A stretch of DNA of 62,214 nucleotides. It comes from Candidatus Krumholzibacteriia bacterium (GTDB lineage: Bacteria > Krumholzibacteriota > Krumholzibacteriia > G020349025). Below the pieces are notes generated by a model. That model was not told where the DNA came from. It searched no databases and saw nothing but the letters and a program-made list of their open reading frames with translations. How positions within the stretch are numbered: position 1 is the first letter of the stretch; every line of letters begins with the position of its first letter. The stretch spans positions 1-62,214 of the forward strand of contig DASRJO010000113.1 in NCBI GenBank assembly GCA_035649435.1. Direction: 5' to 3'. Shown here in pieces: positions 41,227-50,171 of the stretch. A program made the position numbers and the translations under genes.

Positions 41227-43128
41227 ATGAACGTCGCAAGAGCAACCCTGTTCTTCTTGGTCGCGACGTTGCTCGCCGCGACCACCGTCTGGGCGCAGGC
41301 ACCGCGCCAGGACGCTATTTGGGCCAAGCGCTCGCAACGCCCGATCACACTCAACGGCGTGCTGAGCGAACCCGGGTGGGCCGTGGCCGAATCGGTCGTG
41401 ATCAACATGGCCACGGATACCGGCATCCCCGGCAGCGGGTGGAAATACGAGGGCGGCATCCTGCCGAGCGATCCGACCCGTGCGACGCTCAAGTTCCTCG
41501 TCGTAGGCAACCAGCTCTACCTGGGTGCGGTGGTGCGCGACAAATCGATCGGCGGCTCGATCGATTTCAATCGCTTCGACGGCTTGCTGATGGGGCTCAA
41601 GAACCACTCGGACCCCAACGCGCCCAAGCCGACGGCGGAATACTTCTACTCGTGGTGGTATCCAGTGGAAGCCAATCCACCCCAACCACAGCCTGTAGGG
41701 TATCCGCCGAGTTTCATCGGCATTTGGGCCAATTTGCCAGCCGGCTCGCCGCGGAGCGCCGAGCAAATCGCCAACTGGGACGCCGTGACCGTCGTGCACG
41801 GGCAAACGAACACCGACACGTCACTCGACACCGACTACACGGTGGAAATGCGCTTCAACTTGACGCCGATGGGGTACGACGTGACCCAGCCCGAAGGCGA
41901 CATCATCGAGTGGAACGTTTCGATCTACGACTGCGACTGGCAGTGGCCGCTCAACGTCAACATGCTGTCCTACAACCGTGTGTGGTACCAGAGTCCGTGG
42001 GGCAACACCGGCTGGTACGACGAAGTGCACATCTACGCCCGGCCCGACGTGACGGTGGAATCCAACAACCCGTTGCCGACCATTCAACCGGAGCTCATCG
42101 TGCCCAATGGCGCAGCCCTGGCCGCGCCCACGATGAACGGCACGCTGACGGAACCCGTGTGGAGCACTCTCGCCTACAGGTTCGACATGCGCTACGGCGA
42201 CGACGCCTTGCGCCAGACGTATCCGGGCGTCGGTCCGTATCGAGCGGGGCAGCATCAACCCACGGTGAACGGTTCGCAGGCGGCGATCCTCGACCCGGCC
42301 GATGCCACGGTGCGGATGTTCTTCCGCGGCGACCGGCTCTACTTGGGTTTCGACGTGCGCGACCAGGTCGTGCAGTACCACGCCAACTTCGATCGCTGGG
42401 ATGGCTTCCTGGTCACTCTCAACGAACGCGTGCAGCGCGGTCCCGACAACGAGCTGCTGGGCAGGCGGCTGTCCTTCCAGGTGAGCGCGGCTGGCACCGC
42501 GACACCACAGGACTATCTGACGACGTTGGTGGCCGCAGGCGATGCGCAAGTCAGCCTTGCCCTCAAGAGCGCCACCACCGTGGACACGCTGGGGACGACG
42601 GCCGATCAGGGCTACACGGCGGAGATGTGGGTGGATCTGACCGCACTCGGCTACCCTGTGGGATTGGGGGATGGAACGCTCTTCCTCGGCGTCAACTATC
42701 TGGATGGCGATTCGTTCGTGCCCAGCAGCGACAGCTATGGCTCGCGGACGTGGTGGTTCCGTGAGTACGAGGGTCAATGCTGCCCGGTGTGGGCCTACAT
42801 GGCGCCCTCGCCGCCGACCGATATCGCTCTTCCCGAGGCGAATCTCGACGGCTCGATCCTGCTCGGAAGCTACCCGAATCCGGCGCCGCGGCCGACGATC
42901 CGCTACGCGCTCGCAAGCTCGAGCCAAGTGACGTTGGAGGTCTTCGATGTCGCCGGCCGTCTGGTCGAGCGCCGGCTTCTCGGGTTGCAGAACGCCGGCC
43001 TCGGCGAAGCTGCTTTCGGCGGCAAAGGGCGGTCCGCCGGCGTGTATGTTTACCGGCTCAACGTGAACGACCCGGCGACGGGCGCCTTGCGCAAGACCCT
43101 CTCCGGACGGCTCGTCGTCGTCAAGTGA
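41227..43128 (+). CDS. Secreted protein with two CBM9-like/DOMON-like modules and a T9SS C-terminal sorting domain
   Basis: In-frame ATG at 41227 (GAGGAGG upstream) within ORF 40792..43128. The signal peptide is MNVARATLFFLVATLLAATTVWAQA. The module starts are PITLNGVLSEPGWAVAESV and PTMNGTLTEPVWSTLAYRF (the I-DG-LDE--W pattern of CBM9-like domains). The tail SYPNPAPRPTIRYALASSSQVTLEVFDVAGRLV...GVYVYRLNV...LVVVK fits the CTD pattern. Confidence 0.7.
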   Translation: MNVARATLFFLVATLLAATTVWAQAPRQDAIWAKRSQRPITLNGVLSEPGWAVAESVVINMATDTGIPGSGWKYEGGILPSDPTRATLKFLVVGNQLYLGAVVRDKSIGGSIDFNRFDGLLMGLKNHSDPNAPKPTAEYFYSWWYPVEANPPQPQPVGYPPSFIGIWANLPAGSPRSAEQIANWDAVTVVHGQTNTDTSLDTDYTVEMRFNLTPMGYDVTQPEGDIIEWNVSIYDCDWQWPLNVNMLSYNRVWYQSPWGNTGWYDEVHIYARPDVTVESNNPLPTIQPELIVPNGAALAAPTMNGTLTEPVWSTLAYRFDMRYGDDALRQTYPGVGPYRAGQHQPTVNGSQAAILDPADATVRMFFRGDRLYLGFDVRDQVVQYHANFDRWDGFLVTLNERVQRGPDNELLGRRLSFQVSAAGTATPQDYLTTLVAAGDAQVSLALKSATTVDTLGTTADQGYTAEMWVDLTALGYPVGLGDGTLFLGVNYLDGDSFVPSSDSYGSRTWWFREYEGQCCPVWAYMAPSPPTDIALPEANLDGSILLGSYPNPAPRPTIRYALASSSQVTLEVFDVAGRLVERRLLGLQNAGLGEAAFGGKGRSAGVYVYRLNVNDPATGALRKTLSGRLVVVK

Positions 43129-43177
43129 CGACAAAGGAGTGTCGTCGCGAGCAAGCGGCATTTGGAGGCAGCAGAGC

Positions 43178-45838
43178 GTGAAGCGCGCAAAGACGGTCTG
43201 TTGTCGGGCGCGAGCGGCTCTCGTCGTCGGCTGGCTCGTTTGCTTGCAGCCGTCTCCAGGGAGCGCGGGGACGACCGGGACGATCGCCGGCGAAGTGACC
43301 GACGCCCAGAAGCGACCCGTGATCGCCGCCACGGTCTTCATCCCGGGATCCCCCTTCGGAGCGTTCACGAACGAACTGGGTCGATACAACATCCTCAACG
43401 TGCCAGCGGGAACATACGAGGTGCAGATCAACCGCGTCGGCTTCAAGGCTCTCACCATCCGTGATGTCGTGGTCTCGGCCGACCAGACGACGCGGCTCGA
43501 CGCCGTGCTCGAGGAAACGGCGATCACGACGGAAACCGTCGTCGTCTCCGCCAAGCGGCCGCCGGTGGACGTGAGGCTCACGAGCAGCATCGCCCGGCTG
43601 CAGAGCGAAGAGATCGCCAAGCTGCCGGTGCAAGAGCTGCAGGACGTGGTGAATCTGCAGGCGGGTGTCGTCAACGGTCATTTCCACGGCGGCCGCCTCG
43701 GTGAGGTGCAGTACCAAGTGGACGGCGTCACGATCAACAACGCCTTCGACAACACCGCGAGTCTCCGGGTGGATCGTTCGCTGCTGCAGGAAGTGCAGGT
43801 CATCACCGGCACATTCGACGCCGAGTACGGACAAGCCATGAGCGGTGTCGTGAACGCCGTCCTCAAGGACGGGAGCGAGAAGTTCCAGGCCGAGGCGGAG
43901 CTCTTCGGCGGCGGTTTCTTCTTCCCGGGCCGTGCCGACGAACGCCTGGTGGATGACGAGGTCCAACCCACGGCCGTCGGCAACCTGACGCTCTCGGTGA
44001 GTGGTCCGGTGGGGGTGCCGCAGACGGTATTCCTCGTGAATGCCCGGCGCTACGAGTTCGAGGATTACGTGCCTGCCGCGCGCATTTTCCTGCCGGCGCC
44101 ATCGGTCGCCTACCGCCCCGACTCAACCAGCTATCCCATCGCCACGGTCGGGGACGGCGAAGAATCACCCCTCGGTTACTCGCGCGAGTGGTCCGGAGCG
44201 CTCAAGATCACCAATCGGTCGATCTCGAACCTCAAGATTGGATACCAAGTGCTGGTGAACGACATCGAGGGACGGCGCACCGACTACGCCTTCCGCGCCA
44301 ATCCGGACGGCATGGTCAGTCAACACACGTTCTCGCTGGCGCATGGTCTCGACCTCACACGCAACCTGGGTAAATCCACCTACCTCGACTTCAGCCTGCG
44401 TCAGAACTACTTCGACTACATCGATGAGGCCTACGAGGACGTGTTCGACATCCGCTACGATGCCGCGGGCCCGCCCGATATTTCCGATATCGAGCCGGGC
44501 CTCGTCCAATGGGGCGTCGACTTCACGCGCTTCCATCAGACTACGAACACGGTGCTGTTCAAGAGCAAGCTCGTGAGCCAGGTGACGCCTGTGCAGCAGC
44601 TCAAGCTGGGATTGGAGATGCAGTTTCCCAAGCTGCAGTTCGGCACGCCCGGGCACGTGGTCCTGACCGGGGCCGGCCTCCAGCGTTACGTCGACGAGCC
44701 CCCGGACTGGCCGGGGGTGCAGACCTACTGGCCGGTGCTCGGCGCGGTCTTCGTCCATGACCAGCTCGAATGGCGCGACTTCGCGCTCCGGGTCGGCGCT
44801 CGCCTCGACTACTTCGACGCGCGATCGTCGCTCCCGAGCGATCTCGCCAACCCGGCCAATGCCATCCCCGTGCCGCAGCAGTCCGTTCCGGTGCCAACCC
44901 AGCCCAAGGTCTTCCTGTCGCCGCGCCTGGGGGTGGCCTACCCGATCACGGAGAGTGCCGGCGTGCACTTCGCCTACGGACATTTCGTGCAGTTTCCCAC
45001 CCTGCGCGACGTGTTCACCAACGCCGATTACTCGTTCCTGGCGCGGGTTCAGGCCTCCACTTCCGAATTCAGACACGTCATGGGCAACCCGGACGTCGAT
45101 CCGGAGAAATCGGTTCAATACGAGTTCGGGTACAAACAAGCTCTGTCGGAAGACTTCGGTTTCGAGGTGAGCCTGTTCTACAAGGACATCCGCGACTTGC
45201 TCGGCAGCGAGTTCATCAACACCTATAACGACGCGACCTACGCGCGGCTCACGAACGTCGACTTCGGCAGCGTCGGTGGCTTCACCATCACGCTCGACCA
45301 CCGGCGACTGGGACCGGCCAGCTTCGCTCTCGACTATACGTGGACACGCGCGATCGGGAACTCGAGCGAACCCTACGAAACTGCCTCCCGCGCCGATGTC
45401 GGCGAGGATCCTCGACCGCGCGTGATCCCGTTCGATTGGGATCAGCGCCACACACTCAACATCACCCTCGCCTTGGCGAAGCCCCAGGTCTACTCGATCA
45501 GTACCGTACTGCGGGCGGCCAGCGGCCAGCCTTACACCCCAGAGACCGAGCTGGGCGGGTTCGAGTTCGGTGTGGGCGAGAATGCCGCGCGCAAGCCCTC
45601 AGGCGTCGTGGTCGATCTGCGCGGCGAACGCAGCTTCGGCTGGGTGGGACAGCGCTGGGGCCTGTTCGGCCGCGTCTTCAACGTGTTCGACTCGCGCTTC
45701 TTCAACGGCGGGGTGTTCGCGGACACGGGGAGCCCCTTCTATTCGCGCTTCCCCGACCAAGTGGAGCTCAGCGCACCGACACGCTTCTATTCGCCGCGGC
45801 GTGTCGAGATCGGTTTCACCGTGCGCATGGGTCTTTGA
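43178..45838 (+). CDS. TonB-dependent receptor with N-terminal carboxypeptidase-regulatory-like domain (SusC-like build)
   Basis: ORF 43139..45838. The preferred start is GTG at 43178 (GGAGG 8 nt upstream). The CarbopepD_reg-like segment is TGTIAGEVTDAQKRPVIAATVFIPGSPFGAFTNELGRYNILNVPAGTYEVQINRVGF. The plug reads LQSEEIAKLPVQELQDVVNLQAGVV...QVDGVTINN...VITGTFDAEYGQAMSGVVN, and a long beta-barrel follows. Confidence 0.85.
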   Translation: MKRAKTVCCRARAALVVGWLVCLQPSPGSAGTTGTIAGEVTDAQKRPVIAATVFIPGSPFGAFTNELGRYNILNVPAGTYEVQINRVGFKALTIRDVVVSADQTTRLDAVLEETAITTETVVVSAKRPPVDVRLTSSIARLQSEEIAKLPVQELQDVVNLQAGVVNGHFHGGRLGEVQYQVDGVTINNAFDNTASLRVDRSLLQEVQVITGTFDAEYGQAMSGVVNAVLKDGSEKFQAEAELFGGGFFFPGRADERLVDDEVQPTAVGNLTLSVSGPVGVPQTVFLVNARRYEFEDYVPAARIFLPAPSVAYRPDSTSYPIATVGDGEESPLGYSREWSGALKITNRSISNLKIGYQVLVNDIEGRRTDYAFRANPDGMVSQHTFSLAHGLDLTRNLGKSTYLDFSLRQNYFDYIDEAYEDVFDIRYDAAGPPDISDIEPGLVQWGVDFTRFHQTTNTVLFKSKLVSQVTPVQQLKLGLEMQFPKLQFGTPGHVVLTGAGLQRYVDEPPDWPGVQTYWPVLGAVFVHDQLEWRDFALRVGARLDYFDARSSLPSDLANPANAIPVPQQSVPVPTQPKVFLSPRLGVAYPITESAGVHFAYGHFVQFPTLRDVFTNADYSFLARVQASTSEFRHVMGNPDVDPEKSVQYEFGYKQALSEDFGFEVSLFYKDIRDLLGSEFINTYNDATYARLTNVDFGSVGGFTITLDHRRLGPASFALDYTWTRAIGNSSEPYETASRADVGEDPRPRVIPFDWDQRHTLNITLALAKPQVYSISTVLRAASGQPYTPETELGGFEFGVGENAARKPSGVVVDLRGERSFGWVGQRWGLFGRVFNVFDSRFFNGGVFADTGSPFYSRFPDQVELSAPTRFYSPRRVEIGFTVRMGL

Positions 45839-45863
45839 CTGCGGACCGCGAGGGAGGTGAGAC

Positions 45864-48800
45864 ATGCAATTCACGACCGAGACACGACGCAGCGGGCTCG
45901 CTGTCACTGTGTTGCTTCTGCTGTCGAGCCCAGCAGCCCCTGTGCAAGGACAGGTCACGACACCCGTGCCGGCGGATCAGCGCGGGACGCTCAACGCCGA
46001 GCGCTCCGGCATCCACGACGCCGCCAATATCCGCACTCTCTTTTGGAACTACGGCATGGTGGGTGACTATCCGGTCGACCCGGTGAACGTGGATCTCAGT
46101 GTCTTCCATTCCGCCGAGGTGCCGGAGGGCTCGGGGATGAACTACAGCGACGGGATCACACCCTTCGTGCTCGCCAAAGTGCGGCAGCGCAATGGTCTCG
46201 ATGCCTACATCATGGAAACTGGTTTTCGCGAGCGTCAAGGGCTCTCGCCCTACTTCAACCGCGTGATGCGATTCGAGCCGAGGCCAGGCTACTTCCAGGC
46301 CGATCCGGGACGGAGCCCGGCGCGCTCGCCGGCCATCAGCAGCGACCCGCGCACATGGCCGGACTTCTGGCCGGACAAGCAGCTCGATCCGGAGGATCCC
46401 GGCTGGCGCGGCAGCTGGAACGGCTACTTCGGCAAACGCGCTGCGGCCGACCAGGAAAGCTTCATGGTCATGGACGACCAATTCTACGACGCCTGGGATT
46501 ACTACCCCGACGAGCGCGATCTCACACGCCGCGGGCTCGGCCTGCGCATCGAAGTGCGTGGTTTCCAATGGGCCAATCCTCAGGCCGGGAACGTCATATT
46601 CTGGCACTACGACATCACCAACGAAGGCACCACCGACTACGACGACAACATCATCTTCGGTCTCTACATGGACTCGGGTGTCGGCGGCTCGGCGCTCTCC
46701 TGCGACGGCATCTACGAATCCGACGACGACAACGCATTCTTCGACCGCACCTTCGACCAGGACGTGATCAACCTGGTCTACACCTGGGACCGCTTCGGCC
46801 ACGGCCGCGATCTGGGGAGCACGTGCGCGCGCACCGGGTATCTCGGTTACGCCTACCTCGAGACACCCGGCAATCCATTCGACGGCGCGGACAACGACGA
46901 AGACGGCATCACCGACGAACGGCGCGACGCGGGCCCGGGTGAGCTCATCGTGGGCCAGGACGCGATCGCGGCTTGGGTGGAAGGACACTACAACCGCGCA
47001 CAGTTCGAGTTGGAGTACGGGCCGCTCGCCAACCGCCCCGCCTACCGTGCCGGGCGCTGGTGGACGGGTGACGAGGACATGGATTGGAACCCGGAGCTGC
47101 ACGATCTGGGTGGTGACGGCGTACCGGACACCGACGATCTCGGCGAAGGCGATGGCGTGCCGACCACCGGGGAAGCCAACTTCGACCGCACCGACCTCAA
47201 CGAGTCGGACCAGATCGGTCTCACCGGGTTCAAGATCAACCGCATCAAGGCGGGGCAGGGAAATCCCAGCCAGGAGGTCGACGGCGTCCTCTTCTTCACC
47301 GAGAGCAACAACTGGCCGCAGCGCCTGTATCAGCAATTCACCAACCCGGACCCGGCATTGCGCTTCGACCCGCCGCTGGCCTCGAACTACAACATCGGTT
47401 TCCTCTTCGCCTCGGGTCCGTTCGAGCTGCGCGCTGGGCAGACCGAGCGGTTCAGCCTGGCGTTGGCTTACGGCGGCGACCTCAACGAATTGCGACGCAC
47501 CGTACGCACGGTGCAGAAGATCTACGACGCCAACTATCAGTTCGCGGTGCCGCCGAAGCTGCCGACGGTCACTGCCGAAGCGAGCGATGGGAGGGTCCGG
47601 CTGTCGTGGGACGACGTGGCCGAGCGCAGTGCCGATCCGGTGACCGGCGAGTTCGATTTCGAAGGCTACCGCATCTATCGCTCCACGGATCCGGAATTCC
47701 GCGACGTCAAGCTGATCAGCACGGGCACGGGGACGGGTCCGCTCGGCAACGGCCGGCCCAGTGCGCAGTTCGATCTCGTGAACGGCAAGATCGGCTTCTC
47801 GCAACAGACGGTGGAGGGCGTGGCCTACTACTTGGGCGATGACACCGGCCTCACCCACACGTGGACGGATTCGACCGCAGTCAATGGTCAGCTCTATTAC
47901 TACGCCGTCACGGCTTACGATCACGGCTCGGAAGCTTTCGATTTCTATCCGTCCGAGAATTCCATCTCGGTGTCCAAGACTCGGCGCGGCGGGACGATCC
48001 TGGCCTCGAATGTCGCGGAGGTTCGGCCCGAGCCCCCGGTGCGCGGGTACGTCCGAGCGCGCACGGATGCGCTCTCCCATGCCGCCGGCGATGGCATCGG
48101 CTCGATCCGGATCGAAGTGCTGAACTCGGCTCTCGTGCCCGACGACAAGCTGTTCAAGATCAGCTTCTCGGGCCATCCGGACAACGTGCGGGCCGAAGGC
48201 TATGCACTCATCGACAGCACGTCCGAGCAGGTCGTGTTCGACACCGGCCGCGATTTGGAGGGTGTGGGAAACGGGCCGGTGGGTGCCGGGCTCCTGCCCG
48301 TGATCGCAACACAGAAGACGGTGGAAGTCGATTCAGTCCGGACGGGTTTCGCCTCCGGGGGCCCGACCAACGCCCAGATCCTGGTTGATTACCAAACGGT
48401 GCTTCCCATCAACCGGCGGCGGTCGGGCTTCCCGGAGGACTTGGAGATCACCTTCGCCGATGTCGTTGTCGATACGGGGCTCGCCATCTTCCCAATCCCG
48501 GCCCGCGCGGCGAAATTCCGGGTGATGGCGCACACGGCGATGGGTGATCGCCCGATGAACTTCCGCTTCCGTGACCTGGATAATGATGGGACCTTGAGCC
48601 GGCCGGACGAGTTCGTGGACGTCGTCACGTACGTGGACGAGGCACCTGGGATGCCACAGGTCACCTGGAGGTTCGTGATCTCGGGCACGAGCGACGGCGG
48701 CGCTCTGCGACCGCCGCGAGATGGGGATGTGTTCACGCTCCGGCTCACCAAGCCATTCGGGGTTGGGGACCTCTTCGTCTTCACCACGAGCGGCGAGTTC

Positions 48801-49139
48801 GTGGACGCCGAGCAGGCGGTGAGTGCGAACGACCGGCCCTACGTGGTGCCGAATCCCTACGTGGGATCGGCCAGCTTCGAGCCGGAGCGATTCAACATCG
48901 CGGGACGGGGTGAACGACGGATCGAGTTCCGCAACCTGCCGCAGTCGTGCACGATCCGGATCTACACCGTGCGTGGCGAGCTAGTGCAGACCTTGGTGCA
49001 CGACGGCTCGACCGCCGGTGCCGTGGCGTGGAACCTCCGCACCAAGGACAACCTGGACCTGGCCCCGGGCCTGTATGTGTTCCACGTCGATGCTGGAGCG
49101 GTCGAGTCGAGCATCGGCAAGTTCGCGGTCATCAAGTGA
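45864..49139 (+). CDS. Large secreted hypothetical protein (1091 aa) with Ca-binding Asp-rich loops, an FN3-like module and a T9SS-CTD-like tail
   Basis: ORF 45864..49139, with AGGGAGG upstream and a 25-nt gap after the TBDR gene. The signal peptide is LAVTVLLLLSSPAAPVQGQ. Thrombospondin-type-3-like loops are DGADNDEDGITDE and DLGGDGVPDTDDLGEGDGVP. The FN3-like segment is PTVTAEASDGRVRLSWDDV...FEGYRIYRS. The tail is VVPNPYVGSA...CTIRIYTVRGELV...GLYVFHVDAG...GKFAVIK. The N-terminal 400 aa match no family I can name. Confidence 0.7.
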   Translation: MQFTTETRRSGLAVTVLLLLSSPAAPVQGQVTTPVPADQRGTLNAERSGIHDAANIRTLFWNYGMVGDYPVDPVNVDLSVFHSAEVPEGSGMNYSDGITPFVLAKVRQRNGLDAYIMETGFRERQGLSPYFNRVMRFEPRPGYFQADPGRSPARSPAISSDPRTWPDFWPDKQLDPEDPGWRGSWNGYFGKRAAADQESFMVMDDQFYDAWDYYPDERDLTRRGLGLRIEVRGFQWANPQAGNVIFWHYDITNEGTTDYDDNIIFGLYMDSGVGGSALSCDGIYESDDDNAFFDRTFDQDVINLVYTWDRFGHGRDLGSTCARTGYLGYAYLETPGNPFDGADNDEDGITDERRDAGPGELIVGQDAIAAWVEGHYNRAQFELEYGPLANRPAYRAGRWWTGDEDMDWNPELHDLGGDGVPDTDDLGEGDGVPTTGEANFDRTDLNESDQIGLTGFKINRIKAGQGNPSQEVDGVLFFTESNNWPQRLYQQFTNPDPALRFDPPLASNYNIGFLFASGPFELRAGQTERFSLALAYGGDLNELRRTVRTVQKIYDANYQFAVPPKLPTVTAEASDGRVRLSWDDVAERSADPVTGEFDFEGYRIYRSTDPEFRDVKLISTGTGTGPLGNGRPSAQFDLVNGKIGFSQQTVEGVAYYLGDDTGLTHTWTDSTAVNGQLYYYAVTAYDHGSEAFDFYPSENSISVSKTRRGGTILASNVAEVRPEPPVRGYVRARTDALSHAAGDGIGSIRIEVLNSALVPDDKLFKISFSGHPDNVRAEGYALIDSTSEQVVFDTGRDLEGVGNGPVGAGLLPVIATQKTVEVDSVRTGFASGGPTNAQILVDYQTVLPINRRRSGFPEDLEITFADVVVDTGLAIFPIPARAAKFRVMAHTAMGDRPMNFRFRDLDNDGTLSRPDEFVDVVTYVDEAPGMPQVTWRFVISGTSDGGALRPPRDGDVFTLRLTKPFGVGDLFVFTTSGEFVDAEQAVSANDRPYVVPNPYVGSASFEPERFNIAGRGERRIEFRNLPQSCTIRIYTVRGELVQTLVHDGSTAGAVAWNLRTKDNLDLAPGLYVFHVDAGAVESSIGKFAVIK

Positions 49140-49156
49140 AGTTGGGGAGCAGCGGG

Positions 49157-50167
49157 ATGAAGCGTGTCGTGGTCACTGAGCTCCTGTGCGCGATGGTGCT
49201 CGGGGAATCGGCGGTGGCGCAGACACAGGTGGGAACCACGATCGGCCAGTTCCTGGCCATCGAGCCGAGCGCGCGCATCGCGGCGATGGGAAACGCCGGC
49301 GTGGCGGTGGGCGGCGGCATCCAGGCCGTCTACTACAACCCGGGGGCGCTGGGTCTCGTGCCGTCGACCTCATTTCAATTCAGCCATGGCGTCTGGTTCG
49401 CCGACATCCGCTACGAGTACGCCGCGGCAGCGATCTCGCTCGAGGATTGGGGCAATCTCCTGGTCAGCGTGACCGCGCTCAACTCGGGCGACATCGAGGT
49501 GCGCACGGTGACGGCGCCGCTGGGCACAGGGGAGCTGTACTCCGCCCAAGATCTCGCCTTTGGCATCGGCTATGCCCGCCAGGTGACCGACCGCTTCGCC
49601 GCCGGCGCACAGTTCAACTATCTCAACGAGACGATCTGGCACAGCTCTCTCAATGCTTACACGCTCAGCTTCGGCACGACGTACCGAATCAACGATGCCG
49701 GCTTGACGCTCGGGGCGAGCGTGCTCAACTTCGGCACTCGCAGCGGCTACGACGGCCTCGATCTCACGATCCAGTACGACGCCGACCCCGATCAGCACGG
49801 GGACAACAGCGCTCTTCCCGCCGAGCAATCCACCGACGAGTTCCCCGTGCCGACGGTTTTCCGTGTTGGGATGAGCTATCCGCAGCGGACGAGCGCCTCG
49901 AGCACGATCTTGATGACCGTGGATGCGTTCCACCCCAATGACAACACGGAGGGCCTGAGCCTCGGCTGGGAGTGGACATGGAAGGACGCGCTGGCGCTGC
50001 GCGCTGGGTATCAGAGCTTGGGCCAGCAAGACTCCGAGCTCGGACCGACCGCGGGCGTCGGCTTGAGTGGCAACATCGCTTCGCGCCGTTTCCAACTCGA
50101 CTACGGCTGGGCCTCGCACACGGTCTTGCCGGAAATGCATCGCATCACCTTCACGCTGACGATGTGA
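49157..50167 (+). CDS. PorV/PorQ-family outer-membrane beta-barrel protein
   Basis: In-frame ATG at 49157 within ORF 48947..50167, 17 nt after the upstream stop. The signal peptide is MKRVVVTELLCAMVLGESAVAQT. The family-typical N-terminus is GQFLAIEPSARIAAMGNAGVAVGGGIQAVYYNPGALG. Amphipathic beta-strands alternate through to the C-terminal ITFTLTM. Confidence 0.7.
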   Translation: MKRVVVTELLCAMVLGESAVAQTQVGTTIGQFLAIEPSARIAAMGNAGVAVGGGIQAVYYNPGALGLVPSTSFQFSHGVWFADIRYEYAAAAISLEDWGNLLVSVTALNSGDIEVRTVTAPLGTGELYSAQDLAFGIGYARQVTDRFAAGAQFNYLNETIWHSSLNAYTLSFGTTYRINDAGLTLGASVLNFGTRSGYDGLDLTIQYDADPDQHGDNSALPAEQSTDEFPVPTVFRVGMSYPQRTSASSTILMTVDAFHPNDNTEGLSLGWEWTWKDALALRAGYQSLGQQDSELGPTAGVGLSGNIASRRFQLDYGWASHTVLPEMHRITFTLTM

Positions 50168-50171
50168 GGCC

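Noticed and set aside
45816-48176. 786-aa minus-strand ORF antisense to 45864..49139. The same class includes 51977..54598(-), 54406..56307(-), 35695..37458(+), 56512..58140(+), 50229..51878(-), 50240..51949(+), 21597..23552(-), 20019..21440(+), 9788..11293(+), 27266..28210(-) and 41821..43674(-).
   Set aside because: All are antisense or out-of-frame relative to genes with clear family motifs. They have Arg/Gly/Asp/His-rich low-complexity composition and no motifs of their own, which is expected from third-position GC bias.
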